Shown here: piece by piece, positions 1 through 12,024 of the stretch
Numbering within the stretch: position 1 is the stretch's first letter
Layout of the letters: each line of letters starts with the position of its first letter
NCBI GenBank assembly: GCA_964453075.1
Contig: CAYVNM010000002.1
Location: forward strand, 4,279-68,278
Length of the DNA stretch: 64,000 nucleotides
Reading direction: 5' to 3'
Source of the DNA: an uncultured Candidatus Saccharibacteria bacterium
Lineage (GTDB): Bacteria > Patescibacteriota > Minisyncoccia > Phycocordibacterales > DATDWN01
Made by a program: the position numbers and the translations under genes
Notes under the pieces: generated by a model
Told to the model about the DNA's origin: nothing
What the model saw: only the letters and a program-made list of their open reading frames with translations
The model's database searches: none

Positions 1-1598
<1,598 letters not shown>

Positions 1599-1628
1599 TC
1601 ATTAAACCAAAATTAAAATAGAGCAACA

Positions 1629-2123
1629 CTAATATGACATTATAACCCCTCTTTCGTAGCGTCTTTGGGCTGTCACATCACAAGTATTGTAACCCCTAGA
1701 GTCAATAGTAGTTACAGTAGCTGGTCCAACACCTGATTTAGTGACTCTAACGATTGCGCACCCCTTAGGAAAATCAATCTTGAATATACTATTTGCACTA
1801 CCACCAACAACACTTGGTTGCGAAGGAATTGTAGGTACAGTCTGACTACCTGTAGTTATAGTCTGTCCGTTACAAATTATCGTTCCGGGTGTTACAGTGT
1901 CAAACTCACTAGAAGTACTATCTACAAGATCCCAATACACAGCACACTCGGTACCAGCATCAGCAGCATAGAAAGCATACTGAGATTCTTTGCCAGCATT
2001 AGCTAGGATCAATTGCTTTAAGGCCACATTAACAACAACAAAACTAACGATAAGAAGCATGGTTGTAATTATTATGGCTATAAGCAAAGTGAACCCTGAT
2101 TCTTGTATGCTTTTTTTTCTCAT
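1629..2123 (-). CDS. PilX-like minor pilin
   Basis: Prepilin-like GFTLL without Glu5, AFYAADAG motif, C-terminal IDSRGY...ERG; in pilus cluster. Confidence 0.75.
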   Translation of the reverse strand: MRKKSIQESGFTLLIAIIITTMLLIVSFVVVNVALKQLILANAGKESQYAFYAADAGTECAVYWDLVDSTSSEFDTVTPGTIICNGQTITTGSQTVPTIPSQPSVVGGSANSIFKIDFPKGCAIVRVTKSGVGPATVTTIDSRGYNTCDVTAQRRYERGVIMSY

Positions 2124-2125
2124 AT

Positions 2126-2731
2126 CTATTGTCTGTTAAAAATGTTTTCTGTTATCTCAAATGATTTTGTACCCCATCTGCTGGTCCAACTCATCCTCAC
2201 TTTTATTTCTACTTCCCTTCCATCAACTACATTTCTAAGCTGTATTTCCCTCCTAAAAATAGTGGGTGTACCGGATTGATGACCAAACAAATCGTTGGGG
2301 CCTTTTAATAAAAATGGACAAGTACCAAAATCACCAGAACAAGCTTGTATGGTATCAGCCGGTAAAGCTGCCGTTACATCTACAATACAAGTTTTTCTAC
2401 CAATAGCACCCACACCGACACCAAACCAACAATCATCATTAGGAACATCTGAAATACCGGTCAACCATCTTGTCACCGTAGGTGACTCATTCAAGGATAT
2501 TAACGCATTTTCGTCTCGTTTGTTTTTTATAAATTCAACAGCTTCTTGAGCAAGATAGAAAGCTGTCGTTTGGTCCTTAGCTATTGAAGAATTCTGTAAA
2601 CTATTCTGTACAGCAGTAAATGTTGCCGCAATAGACATTGATAATATGCTAATAGCTACTAGCGATTCAACTAAGGTAAAACCGTACTTTTTAATATTTA
2701 ACCTATTTTCTTTTTTAAATATTCTATTCAT
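2126..2731 (-). CDS. PilV-like minor pilin
   Basis: GFTLVE class III signal, AFYLAQEAVE. Confidence 0.75.
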   Translation of the reverse strand: MNRIFKKENRLNIKKYGFTLVESLVAISILSMSIAATFTAVQNSLQNSSIAKDQTTAFYLAQEAVEFIKNKRDENALISLNESPTVTRWLTGISDVPNDDCWFGVGVGAIGRKTCIVDVTAALPADTIQACSGDFGTCPFLLKGPNDLFGHQSGTPTIFRREIQLRNVVDGREVEIKVRMSWTSRWGTKSFEITENIFNRQ

Positions 2732-2740
2732 TGTGTTATC

Positions 2741-3337
2741 TTAATTTTGAGAATCAAAAACTCTTTGAGACACAGTCGTTTGTAGTAAGAAAGATGATCT
2801 ACTAGTTGGCTTAGAACCGGAATAACCACCAATGGTAATTATAACTTGTGGCTGAAGCACATTTGCCCCACCACTATATCCATACGAACCTATAACTCTA
2901 AAAGTTGTGGTAGCAATAAACACATCAGAAGACGTTAAGGCATAATCAGAACTATCAGTTCCAATCAAACTATCAACATCGCGTTTTATCTGACCATTAT
3001 CCAATTTGTAAGTGACAATATCTCCGTTTGAAGCTCTAACTACTATAGAGGATGCTCCAGAAGCACAATCATTTGGTGATGTTATTGGTGGTGTAGTATC
3101 CGCAACATCACAATGATAATTAGTGCCAAAACGAATAGTTCTAGTCATAGCTTCTATTGTAAAATTTAGATTATCCATGACCGTTCTCAGTGTTTGTGAT
3201 TTTCTGTTTGCATCCACTATGGTGACTATAGTACCCATACTTATGGTCATTACTATCATAAAAATAGAAACTGAAACCATTATTTCTATAAGAGTAAAAC
3301 CTTTTTGATTTTTTTTAGTATTTTTTAAAAAATCCAT
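2741..3337 (-). CDS. PilW/GspJ-like minor pilin
   Basis: GFTLIE class III signal; position in minor pilin run. Confidence 0.75.
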   Translation of the reverse strand: MDFLKNTKKNQKGFTLIEIMVSVSIFMIVMTISMGTIVTIVDANRKSQTLRTVMDNLNFTIEAMTRTIRFGTNYHCDVADTTPPITSPNDCASGASSIVVRASNGDIVTYKLDNGQIKRDVDSLIGTDSSDYALTSSDVFIATTTFRVIGSYGYSGGANVLQPQVIITIGGYSGSKPTSRSSFLLQTTVSQRVFDSQN

Positions 3338-3350
3338 TTCATTGTAAATT

Positions 3351-3974
3351 TTATATTATTGGGCCCACCAAAATCTGACCGGTCCCTTCTATTGTTATTG
3401 TTAATTTCTTTCCTTTTGGTGAGGTCAACTCTACTTTACCAGTTAAAGACGGACCAGAGAGTGTTGTACCAGCATTATTAGTAAAAATAATATTTGCATC
3501 TGGATTTGGTCTGGTAAAACTTACATTCATAACCACACTACCGCCGGGAGAACAGGTCGAGGCATTACAAACATTGGATATAATGACACCGTTTCTTAAT
3601 GTTAATTTTTCAACACATTCAGTAGTAACACTCCCACAAGTTCCAGATCCGACATCATATTTTTTATTTGCCGGATCAACCAATAACGAATCCACAAAGA
3701 GATAATAGTTGGAAGGATCATTTTTATTAAAATAAACCCCATATGCCTTATCAAACAAGCCAGTATTTGATTTGACTTCCCTAACTGTCAGACCATATGT
3801 TTGAGCCTGCCTTATTGAAACTGCTAGTTCTTGTGCAGCAGAACTTAAAGCCAATCTGTCATTAAAAGAAGAATAATTAAAAAGAACCGTAAGCATAATA
3901 ACGGCAACAATAGAAAGAGAAACTAACATTTCAACTAAAGTAAAGCCATTTCTGTTTTTTTTGTTAAGAAACAT
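3351..3974 (-). CDS. FimU/GspH-like minor pilin
   Basis: GFTLVE signal, LAVSIRQAQ helix, C-terminal ITIEGTGQI. Confidence 0.75.
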   Translation of the reverse strand: MFLNKKNRNGFTLVEMLVSLSIVAVIMLTVLFNYSSFNDRLALSSAAQELAVSIRQAQTYGLTVREVKSNTGLFDKAYGVYFNKNDPSNYYLFVDSLLVDPANKKYDVGSGTCGSVTTECVEKLTLRNGVIISNVCNASTCSPGGSVVMNVSFTRPNPDANIIFTNNAGTTLSGPSLTGKVELTSPKGKKLTITIEGTGQILVGPII

Positions 3975-3980
3975 AAAAAA

Positions 3981-4829
3981 TTAATTGAATAAACTCAAAA
4001 ACTCACCCAATCCCATAACATCTATACGCAACATAAAAACGATCATTATTGCAATGATTAAAAATGGAGCAAATGGAATTTCAGTTTTCATTCCTATCTT
4101 TGTATCATTACTTATTTTGCTATGAATTAAGAGGATAATACTCCACAAAGCCCCGAGCCAAAAAGCCAGTACTACGGAGCCCACACCAAAAACAAACCCA
4201 GACATTGCACCTATTCCAAAAACCAATTTTGCATCACCAAATCCGATCCATCTTCCACCAGACACCAGCCATAATAAAGCAAAAGGTATAAACAAAATAA
4301 ATGGTGCAGATAAATCAAACAAATCTACAGGTCCAAGTGAAAAATCCTTACAGTAAACAAAAATAAATAATTTCAAAAAGCTCAAAAAAATAAAAGTATA
4401 TACTAAGGTGTTTGGTATTATTTTATGTCGTATATCATAAAGCATCACCACTATCAACAAACTGAAAACAAAAGCGTAATAAATAAAGAATAAAACTGAA
4501 TAAATCAGTCCGTGTTCAAAGGCACCATATATTGGCCACAAGGCAACTTGTCTCATTGCTATCGCCAAAAAAACGAGACCAGTCAATAATTCAACTATTG
4601 GATATTGTATGGAAATACCGTTTTTACAAGAACGACATCTGCCTTTTAGAAAAAAATAACTTAAAATGGGTACTAATTCATACCACTCTAGTTCTTTGTC
4701 ACAAGAAAAACACCTAGATCTGCCTTTTGTAATAGACATACCTGTATTAAAACGGAAAGCTATTACATTTAGAAAACTACCTATTAAAGTACCAAAAACA
4801 AATATGTAAAAAAAATTTAGAGGATTCAT
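3981..4829 (-). CDS. pilD: Prepilin peptidase (A24)
   Basis: GSFLNV, two CxxC pairs, GFGDAKL, PFAPFL motifs. Confidence 0.95.
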   Translation of the reverse strand: MNPLNFFYIFVFGTLIGSFLNVIAFRFNTGMSITKGRSRCFSCDKELEWYELVPILSYFFLKGRCRSCKNGISIQYPIVELLTGLVFLAIAMRQVALWPIYGAFEHGLIYSVLFFIYYAFVFSLLIVVMLYDIRHKIIPNTLVYTFIFLSFLKLFIFVYCKDFSLGPVDLFDLSAPFILFIPFALLWLVSGGRWIGFGDAKLVFGIGAMSGFVFGVGSVVLAFWLGALWSIILLIHSKISNDTKIGMKTEIPFAPFLIIAIMIVFMLRIDVMGLGEFLSLFN

Positions 4830-4905
4830 ATGTACTTATTATTATACATTGAAATTACATAAATAAAAACAAAAAAGTATAAAAACCAATTTTTGTGCTT
4901 TGATG

Positions 4906-5331
4906 TTATGGACAGACAGGTGCCACAACTGCGGAAGCAGAAACCTTAATTGATCCAGCACTATCTATACACCAGTGTTGACCAGTTTTAAGCGGAGAAC
5001 TAATAGCCCAAGCGCTGGAAGACTGAGAACATCTATCTCCTGTTGTATTGCCTGCACCGGCCTGTGAAGCCGCATTCAGCATACTTACGATTTTTGTATC
5101 ACTACAAACACCAGTACCCTGATCTCCTCCGGTAGTAAAATCAGTAGCATCAGTAAAGGTCAAAGCAATTTGTGATCTAGCATTATGAAGATTCTCCTTA
5201 ACAGCCGAATCACTACCTTTTCTTCTGGCGTCATTTAAGGAAGCCATCACTATAGACGACAATACCCCTATAATCGCTATAACCACGAGAAGTTCGATGA
5301 GTGTAAAACCTTTATTATATAATTTTACCAT
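4906..5331 (-). CDS. Type IV major pilin (copy 1)
   Basis: GFTLIELLVVIAIIG, C-terminal WCIDS; start moved to ATG 5331. Confidence 0.9.
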   Translation of the reverse strand: MVKLYNKGFTLIELLVVIAIIGVLSSIVMASLNDARRKGSDSAVKENLHNARSQIALTFTDATDFTTGGDQGTGVCSDTKIVSMLNAASQAGAGNTTGDRCSQSSSAWAISSPLKTGQHWCIDSAGSIKVSASAVVAPVCP

Positions 5332-5443
5332 TTCGTTTTTAGTAAAAACCAAACAAAAACTGTATTTTAATTATACATTGAAAATCATATAAGCAAAAAC
5401 CCAAAATCGAATATTTTTAACTTTTGGGTTTTTCAAACTGACA

Positions 5444-5974
5444 TTATTGGCAAACTGTACCTGTGGTACTAAGAGCTGTCATGTTTGCGGCTGTCTGACC
5501 TTCAGAGGAACCAGTTGAATCCACACACCATCCAGTAAAAGTACCTTCTGCTAATTTTAAAGTTGTATAGGCTGCCCATCCTGTGGCAGAAACATTACAG
5601 TAAGCAGTGGCACCAGCGGCAAAAGCTGCTGCAGCTACACCTGGACCAAGAACACCAGCACCAGTAGCTGCACAAACACCAGTTCCACCGGTCCAAGCAC
5701 CTGCAGAAGTAACTGAACCAGTACCTGCTGTTCCGTAAGTACCATTGCCTGTACCATCATAGTAAAGTGCTGCCTGAGCTCGAAGATTACCTAGATTAGA
5801 TTTTATGGCAGAGTTGGCCCCCTTACTTCTAGCCGTATTCAAGCTAGCTAATACCACAGACGAAAGAACACCTATAATCGCTATAACCACGAGAAGTTCG
5901 ATGAGTGTAAAACCTTTATTTAAACGAGTGACAAAAATATTACTCTTAAAAAAAATGTTTGTATATCTGCTCAT
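5444..5974 (-). CDS. Type IV major pilin (copy 2)
   Basis: GFTLIELLVVIAIIG, WCVDS, Gly/Thr/Ala-rich variable body. Confidence 0.9.
   Translation of the reverse strand: MSRYTNIFFKSNIFVTRLNKGFTLIELLVVIAIIGVLSSVVLASLNTARSKGANSAIKSNLGNLRAQAALYYDGTGNGTYGTAGTGSVTSAGAWTGGTGVCAATGAGVLGPGVAAAAFAAGATAYCNVSATGWAAYTTLKLAEGTFTGWCVDSTGSSEGQTAANMTALSTTGTVCQ
5832..5923. repeat. 92-nt exact repeat (pilin N-terminal helix), copy A
   Basis: Identical to 6336-6427; 50 nt also identical to 5267-5316. Confidence 0.9.
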
Positions 5975-5995
5975 AAAAATAAAGAAAATAATAAT

Positions 5996-6439
5996 TTACT
6001 GACAGGCTGTACCTGTGGTACCTAAAGTTGTAACATTAGCTGCTGTTTGACCCTTTGATGCTCCAGTACTGTCTACACACCATGTTGTAAATGTTCCTTC
6101 TGTAGCTTTCAAAACAGAATAAGCTGCCCATGCTCCAGCTGCATCATTACAATCATTGGTAGCAGTACCAATAGTTCCACCACCAGCAGTAGCTGCAGCC
6201 GCCATAGCTGCTACAACTTGAGTATTAGTACAGACGTTATCATAACTTCCGCTGTCGTTATCATAAACCAGCTCAGCCTGTGCACGAATGTTAGCCAAGT
6301 TTGATTTAACAGCCGAATTTGAACCTTTAGCTCTCGCCGTATTCAAGCTAGCTAATACCACAGACGAAAGAACACCTATAATCGCTATAACCACGAGAAG
6401 TTCGATGAGTGTAAAACCTTTATTTAATCTTGTTTTCAT
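5996..6439 (-). CDS. Type IV major pilin (copy 3)
   Basis: MKTRLNKGFTLIE, WCVDS. Confidence 0.9.
   Translation of the reverse strand: MKTRLNKGFTLIELLVVIAIIGVLSSVVLASLNTARAKGSNSAVKSNLANIRAQAELVYDNDSGSYDNVCTNTQVVAAMAAAATAGGGTIGTATNDCNDAAGAWAAYSVLKATEGTFTTWCVDSTGASKGQTAANVTTLGTTGTACQ
6336..6427. repeat. 92-nt exact repeat (pilin N-terminal helix), copy B
   Basis: Identical to 5832-5923. Confidence 0.9.
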
Positions 6440-6541
6440 AAAAAAATGATTTATTAAAATATTAAAATCAATAATATCAATTATACTAGATATACTGGTT
6501 ATTTATCAAAACACCTGTTGATAACTGTTTGCGACTTATAA

Positions 6542-6575
6542 ACTCAAAGAACCGGCAAAAACCGGTTCTTTGAGT
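6542..6575. terminator. Hairpin/terminator after pilin copy 4
   Basis: 14-bp perfect inverted repeat ACTCAAAGAACCGG/CCGGTTCTTTGAGT. Confidence 0.7.
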
Positions 6576-6598
6576 AACAAATTTAAAGAAAATAATTC

Positions 6599-7048
6599 CT
6601 ACTGACAAGCGTAAGAGTTAGAAGCCAAATAACCTCCCGTGATTTGTTTTGATGCTCCAGTACTATCAACACACCAACTGTTAGCAGGCGTTTGCTTCAA
6701 AGGTGAGTTAGCTGCCCATGCTCCAGCCGAGTCATGACAAACTGCAGTAGAAATAGATCCTGCAGTAGCTGCAGTAGTTGATGTTCCTACACCAGCTGCA
6801 GTAGCAGCCGCATTCAACTGTGCCAAAACGTTAGCGTTTGTACAAATACCAGTATAGTTGCCGTTAGAATCGTAAAGAATCTCAGCTTGTGCACGAATGT
6901 TGGCTAAGTTTGATTTAATTGCTGCATCTGAACCCTTACCTCGGGCTGTGTTTAGTGACGCAAGAACAACTGATGAAAGAATTCCTATAATGGCGATAAC
7001 AACTAGCAACTCAATAAGTGTAAAACCTCTATTTAATCTTGTTTTCAT
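6599..7048 (-). CDS. Type IV major pilin (copy 4)
   Basis: MKTRLNRGFTLIE, WCVDS. Confidence 0.9.
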   Translation of the reverse strand: MKTRLNRGFTLIELLVVIAIIGILSSVVLASLNTARGKGSDAAIKSNLANIRAQAEILYDSNGNYTGICTNANVLAQLNAAATAAGVGTSTTAATAGSISTAVCHDSAGAWAANSPLKQTPANSWCVDSTGASKQITGGYLASNSYACQ

Positions 7049-7189
7049 ATTAAATGATAAATTTTAATTATTAATAAATTTTATAATATATAATTACTTA
7101 ATTCGACCATCTCTCTCTTTACAGAGAATTCCGTTTATTCAAAGGATAGCTATATTATACGGCTATATTTGAGCAGTGAAAAGAGGTGC

Positions 7190-7198
7190 TGTGGATAA
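7190..7198 (-). promoter_or_regulatory. Consensus DnaA box upstream of pilin 4 promoter
   Basis: TTATCCACA on - strand just upstream of a -35/TATAAT pair; 1-mismatch copy at 6516-6524. Confidence 0.45.
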
Positions 7199-7213
7199 GC
7201 GAGATTTTTGAGG

Positions 7214-8416
7214 TTAGAATGAGGCGATATTATAAATAGGCATAAGTACAGCAGCAAGTAGTATACCTACCCCAAGACCTAGCGCTACAATCATTACTGG
7301 CTCAATAAGACCAACCAAAGTATCAACCGCTGTTATAACTTCACGCTGATAGAATTTGGCCAAAGATTTCAAAATATTACCCAATTCTCCTGTCTCCTCC
7401 CCAACTTTTATCATTTGAGTCATAAGATTTGATATCTCCTTATGTTGACTAAATGCGTTAGAAAGAGAAACTCCTTCCTTAACTTTTACCAAAGCATCAT
7501 CCAGTACGGCTTTATATATACGATTATCCACAACGGAAGCCGTGATTTCCAAAGCTTTCAGTATTGGAATACCACTCATAATCATTGTATTCATGTTGTC
7601 AGCAATACGTGAAAGATAGAGTTTGTTATACAAATTACCTATGTACGGCACCCTGAGGCGTAGTTCATCAAAAAATATAGCCCCCTCCTCTGTTCTGTAA
7701 TACCTCCAAGCCAAGAATCCTGCAACAACCACACCTGCACCAAGGAATATACTATAATTTACAAACACATTACTTATTCCAAGAACTATCTTTGTGTAAA
7801 AAGGAACTTCTTGACCAGAATCAGTTATCATCAGAGCTATTTTAGGAATAATGAAGGTAAGCATCAAAACCATAACTCCTACGAAAGTGGCAATAACGAA
7901 GGCAGGATAAACCAAGGCATTACGAGCTTTTGAAGTGACTTCATACGTTCTATCCAAATAATCAGCCAGATAATTAAATATTTCATCCAATTTTCCTGAT
8001 TCCTCCCCAGAACGAACCATATTTACATAGAAAGTAGAGAAAGCATCTGGGTATTTATTCAAAGCCTGAGAAATAGATGTTCCGCCCTGCAAATCCTCCG
8101 CTATACTTGTTAAGTATTTCTGCAAAATAGTATTATCCGCCTGGGCACTAAGCAATCTAAAAACTCTAAGGGCTGAGACCTGTGCCTGGAATAAAGTAGC
8201 TATCTGTCTTGATAATATAACTATGTCTTTATTGGATACATGAGTGAAAAAAGAAAAAAGATTTGTTTGTAATATATCTTTTTCCTCACCATGAATTTCA
8301 GAAATAATGAGACCTCTTTTTTGTAATTGACTTATAGCCACATCAACATTGATGGCCTCAATGACTCCGGCTGTTTGTTCCCCTTTTTCGTTAAAAGCTT
8401 TGTAGTTAAATACCAT
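7214..8416 (-). CDS. pilC: Type IV pilus platform protein (GspF family)
   Basis: Two GEESG/GEETG repeats, YPAFV, IEP motifs. Confidence 0.95.
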   Translation of the reverse strand: MVFNYKAFNEKGEQTAGVIEAINVDVAISQLQKRGLIISEIHGEEKDILQTNLFSFFTHVSNKDIVILSRQIATLFQAQVSALRVFRLLSAQADNTILQKYLTSIAEDLQGGTSISQALNKYPDAFSTFYVNMVRSGEESGKLDEIFNYLADYLDRTYEVTSKARNALVYPAFVIATFVGVMVLMLTFIIPKIALMITDSGQEVPFYTKIVLGISNVFVNYSIFLGAGVVVAGFLAWRYYRTEEGAIFFDELRLRVPYIGNLYNKLYLSRIADNMNTMIMSGIPILKALEITASVVDNRIYKAVLDDALVKVKEGVSLSNAFSQHKEISNLMTQMIKVGEETGELGNILKSLAKFYQREVITAVDTLVGLIEPVMIVALGLGVGILLAAVLMPIYNIASF

Positions 8417-8420
8417 ATTT

Positions 8421-9488
8421 TTATAACATTTTATCTAGACCTTTTTGATTTTGAGAATACAAATAAGCATTTTCTATTGTTATTTCTCCTGCCCTTACTA
8501 AATCGCTTAAGTATCTGTTCAAATCTATCATTCCTTGATCAGAACCTGTCTCTATAACCAAACCAATCTCATGAACTCTGTTGTCACGAATTAGATTTGC
8601 TACTGCACTATTATTTATCAATAACTCCACTGCTGGAATAAGCCCTCCAGACACTCTTGGGATAAGTCTTTGTGAAAATATTCCAATAAGACTCGAGGCT
8701 AGCTGTGTACGAATTTGGGTTTGTTGTCTAGTATCAAAGGAATCTATTATACGTTCTATGGTCTGTGCGGCATTATTCGTATGCATGGTAGAAAATACCA
8801 AGTGACCAGTCTCCGCAGCAGTCACTGCTGTAGATATATCATCCGGAGTCCTCATTTCTCCCACCATGAGAACATCTATATCTTGACGAAAAGCGCCATG
8901 AAGAGCTGTACGAAAATCTGGAGTGTCCTGTAAAACTTCTCGTTGATCTATAATTGATTTTTTTGATTCAAAAATGAATTCAACTGGATCCTCAATAGTA
9001 ATAATGTGCTCAAGTCTCTGCAAATTAATCTGTTCAATCATAGATGCCATGGTAGTACTCTTGCCATGACCCGTAGGTCCCACTATAAGAAAAAAACCTT
9101 GCTGTTTATTGGTAAAAGTTTCCAAAATGTCAGGCAATCTTAACTCATCAAATGTCTTTATTTTTTTAGGAACCAAACGTAAAGCAACACTTATTTTGTC
9201 CATCTGAAAAAAGGCATTTCCTCTGAACCTAGCGTTATTGTTGTCATAATAAGCAAAATCAACCTCTCTTTTTTCTAAAAATATTTCCTTCTTCTGAACA
9301 TCTAGCACTTCGTCTAGTATGTTTTTCATATCTTGCTTGGTTAATTCTGGATGAGTTGATAGTGGTATAAGAAATCCATTACTACGAATAATAGGCTTAC
9401 GTCCCTCTGCCAAATGCAAATCCGAAGCTTCTTCTTTCAAAACTATGGAAATCAAACTATCAAATTCTTTTTTATAATCAGAAGACAT
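8421..9488 (-). CDS. pilT: Pilus retraction ATPase
   Basis: Walker A GPTGHGKST, EDPVE, AAETGHLV, AVANLIR. Confidence 0.95.
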   Translation of the reverse strand: MSSDYKKEFDSLISIVLKEEASDLHLAEGRKPIIRSNGFLIPLSTHPELTKQDMKNILDEVLDVQKKEIFLEKREVDFAYYDNNNARFRGNAFFQMDKISVALRLVPKKIKTFDELRLPDILETFTNKQQGFFLIVGPTGHGKSTTMASMIEQINLQRLEHIITIEDPVEFIFESKKSIIDQREVLQDTPDFRTALHGAFRQDIDVLMVGEMRTPDDISTAVTAAETGHLVFSTMHTNNAAQTIERIIDSFDTRQQTQIRTQLASSLIGIFSQRLIPRVSGGLIPAVELLINNSAVANLIRDNRVHEIGLVIETGSDQGMIDLNRYLSDLVRAGEITIENAYLYSQNQKGLDKML

Positions 9489-9877
9489 TATTTTTTATTT
9501 TTATTTTTATAAATATCCAATACTTGCCCAACTACTTCGGAAGGTATGGTGGTTGCCTTGATAATATAACCATCTATCACTAAAGCCTTAGCTTTATCAA
9601 CATCTTCTGACTGGTTGGTTAGCATAATGACAATTGCATTTGGACATAACTTCTCACTTCTTATAGTTTTTAACAACTCTAAACCATCCATTGTCGGCAT
9701 TATTATGTCCAAAATTATAATATCGTAGATATTTCCCCCTCTTAATTTATCCAAAGCACCCAAACTACTAGCTACGGGATCTATGTCTACATTAGCTTTT
9801 TTGAATTTCAAAGAGTACATGTCCAGAAGAAACCGATCATCATCCACAAGAAGAACTTTTAAATTATTATTTTCCAT
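9488..9877 (-). CDS. Stand-alone receiver domain protein
   Basis: VDDD, LDIIMPTMDG, LTN, K motifs; no output domain. Confidence 0.9.
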   Translation of the reverse strand: MENNNLKVLLVDDDRFLLDMYSLKFKKANVDIDPVASSLGALDKLRGGNIYDIIILDIIMPTMDGLELLKTIRSEKLCPNAIVIMLTNQSEDVDKAKALVIDGYIIKATTIPSEVVGQVLDIYKNKNKK

Positions 9878-9896
9878 GACGTTTTATTATACAGAA

Positions 9897-11621
9897 TTAT
9901 AACACATTAACCTCTTCAAAAGGAATTACTCTATGCATAGTTTTTAGTATTGCATCCTCTTTCATTGTGAGCATACCTTGTCCTCTGACTACTTTTGTAA
10001 TTTCAAGTTCTGTAGGATTTTTTAAAATCACTTCCTCCAACTCATCAGTCATCTTGAACACCTCAACTACTGCTATACGACCTCTTGTACCGTTTGGACA
10101 ATCAGCTGTTTCACTTGCTTTATAAACTTTATCAGTGAAATCAAGTCCTTTTTTAAATTCTAACGGCAAATCTTTGAATTGATCGTCTATCATTGCTTTG
10201 ATACTACCCTCTACAGGTATAGCCTCACCCGCATCTGGACAAAGACCAAGTGCCAACCTTTGAGCCATAGCAAGAATAAGAGTAGGTGCTATAAGATAAG
10301 GATCGATACCCATATCAATAAGTCTAGGAATAACACCCACTGCACTGTTGGTGTGGATAGTTGATAACACCAAGTGACCAGTTAGAGCAGCTTGAATAGC
10401 TAGTTGTGCCGTCTCCTTGTCTCGAATCTCACCCACCATGATAACATCTGGGTCCTGACGCAAAGTCGTTCGGAGTCCTGTAGCAAAGGTATATCCGATT
10501 TCTGATTGAACCTGTGACTGAGATATTCCCTCTATGTTGTATTCAATAGGGTCTTCCAAAGATAATACGTTCTGATGTTCCCTATCCAACTCATTCAACA
10601 TAGAATAAAGAGTTGTGGTCTTTCCAGAGCCAGTAGGTCCTGATATAAGTATCAATCCGTAAGATCTTTTGATTGCCTCTCTAACCAAATCTATGTTTCT
10701 TTGACTCATTCCTATATCTTCCATCTTCTTAACCCCCTTTTCCTGATCCAAAAGTCTCATCACGACTTTTTCTCCAAAATATGTTGGAAATGTAGACACA
10801 CGAAAATCAATTTTCCTTCCCTCTACTCTCGCAGTAAACCTTCCGTCTTGTGGTTTACGCTTTTCATCCAATCTCATACCATTGGTAAGAATTTTTATAC
10901 GAGCGACAAGAGCCGAGTGTATTTTTGTAGGCAAAACTAGACTGGTATTCATAATACCATCAACACGGAAACGAACTTTTACACTTTCTCTCCATGGTTC
11001 TATGTGTATATCTGAGGCATTTCCATCCGTAGCATATCTCAATATTGTTGCTACAATTTTTGTAATTGGAGCATCCTCAGTTATAGCTTGTATATCTTCT
11101 TCTGTATAATTTTCTTTTTTCTCTTTCTCTAATCTATTTTCTGTTTCCGTTTTTAATTCTATTTCTAGTTCAGACAAGGATTTGGACACTTCGTTGGAAA
11201 AACCTTTATACAGAGCAAATGCTTTTGAAAAGTCTGTCTCTGTAATGAGAAATATCTTGAAAGGCATGCCTATCTTCGAAGATATGAAATTCAAAGCATC
11301 CCTAGCCTCAATGTCATCAGGATTGACCATTCCTATTTCCAGTACCCCATTGGCAACTTTTATAGGTATTATTCTGTAATGATTAGCAGAATCTTCTGGT
11401 ATATAACTCAATGTATCCTGAGAAACATCATGCTCCTCAAGACTTTTAACAGGAATATCAAAATACTCGCCTTTTGCAGACAATATATCTTTTACAGAAA
11501 CACCTTTTTTTACAAGAACCTCCTCAATGGTCAGACCGGACGAAGTAGATTCTTTTGTAATTTTCTCAATGTCTTCCTGTAAAATAACTTTTTTCTTAGC
11601 AAGTATTTGAAGTATATCCAT
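9897..11621 (-). CDS. pilB: Pilus extension ATPase (GspE family)
   Basis: ASDIHIEP, GPTGSGKTT, LRQDPD, ALTGHLV. Confidence 0.95.
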   Translation of the reverse strand: MDILQILAKKKVILQEDIEKITKESTSSGLTIEEVLVKKGVSVKDILSAKGEYFDIPVKSLEEHDVSQDTLSYIPEDSANHYRIIPIKVANGVLEIGMVNPDDIEARDALNFISSKIGMPFKIFLITETDFSKAFALYKGFSNEVSKSLSELEIELKTETENRLEKEKKENYTEEDIQAITEDAPITKIVATILRYATDGNASDIHIEPWRESVKVRFRVDGIMNTSLVLPTKIHSALVARIKILTNGMRLDEKRKPQDGRFTARVEGRKIDFRVSTFPTYFGEKVVMRLLDQEKGVKKMEDIGMSQRNIDLVREAIKRSYGLILISGPTGSGKTTTLYSMLNELDREHQNVLSLEDPIEYNIEGISQSQVQSEIGYTFATGLRTTLRQDPDVIMVGEIRDKETAQLAIQAALTGHLVLSTIHTNSAVGVIPRLIDMGIDPYLIAPTLILAMAQRLALGLCPDAGEAIPVEGSIKAMIDDQFKDLPLEFKKGLDFTDKVYKASETADCPNGTRGRIAVVEVFKMTDELEEVILKNPTELEITKVVRGQGMLTMKEDAILKTMHRVIPFEEVNVL

Positions 11622-11654
11622 AAATTACCTGTAAACTTAAGCTGTATGTAAAAA

Positions 11655-12020
11655 CTACCTTGTTCTACTCGAGCTTGCTGTTTGTGTTTGGGTCTGTGAT
11701 ACAAAAGCAGAATTATCAAAACCTATAGCTGCGAAAGGATTGGGTCTACCTGTAGCTTCTGGAAATATATTTACTGTAAAATCCATTAGACTAGTAAATG
11801 ATCGATCTTCGAATATCTCTTGTGTTATTGAAATTCTTTGTAATCTATCTACTAAAGATAATATTTCTTGCCCAGCCAAATCTGTTGGGTTCAGAGCTTC
11901 TTCTACCCCATCTACAACAACCGCAACTTGCGACTCTCCAGAAAAAGCCCTATAGCCCCAGAAAATCACCAAAAAAGCTACACATCCTCCTATTATCATT
12001 TTTTGTGTTTTTACGGACAT
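11655..12020 (-). CDS. Membrane-anchored pilus accessory protein (PilP position)
   Basis: N-terminal TM, GRPNPF motif resembling PilP-type RxNPF; lies after pilMNO. Confidence 0.55.
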   Translation of the reverse strand: MSVKTQKMIIGGCVAFLVIFWGYRAFSGESQVAVVVDGVEEALNPTDLAGQEILSLVDRLQRISITQEIFEDRSFTSLMDFTVNIFPEATGRPNPFAAIGFDNSAFVSQTQTQTASSSRTR

Positions 12021-12024
12021 AGTA

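Noticed and set aside
6861-6870. CCGTTAGAAT resembling a family C end
   Set aside because: Encodes DSNG inside a pilin and has no partner arm
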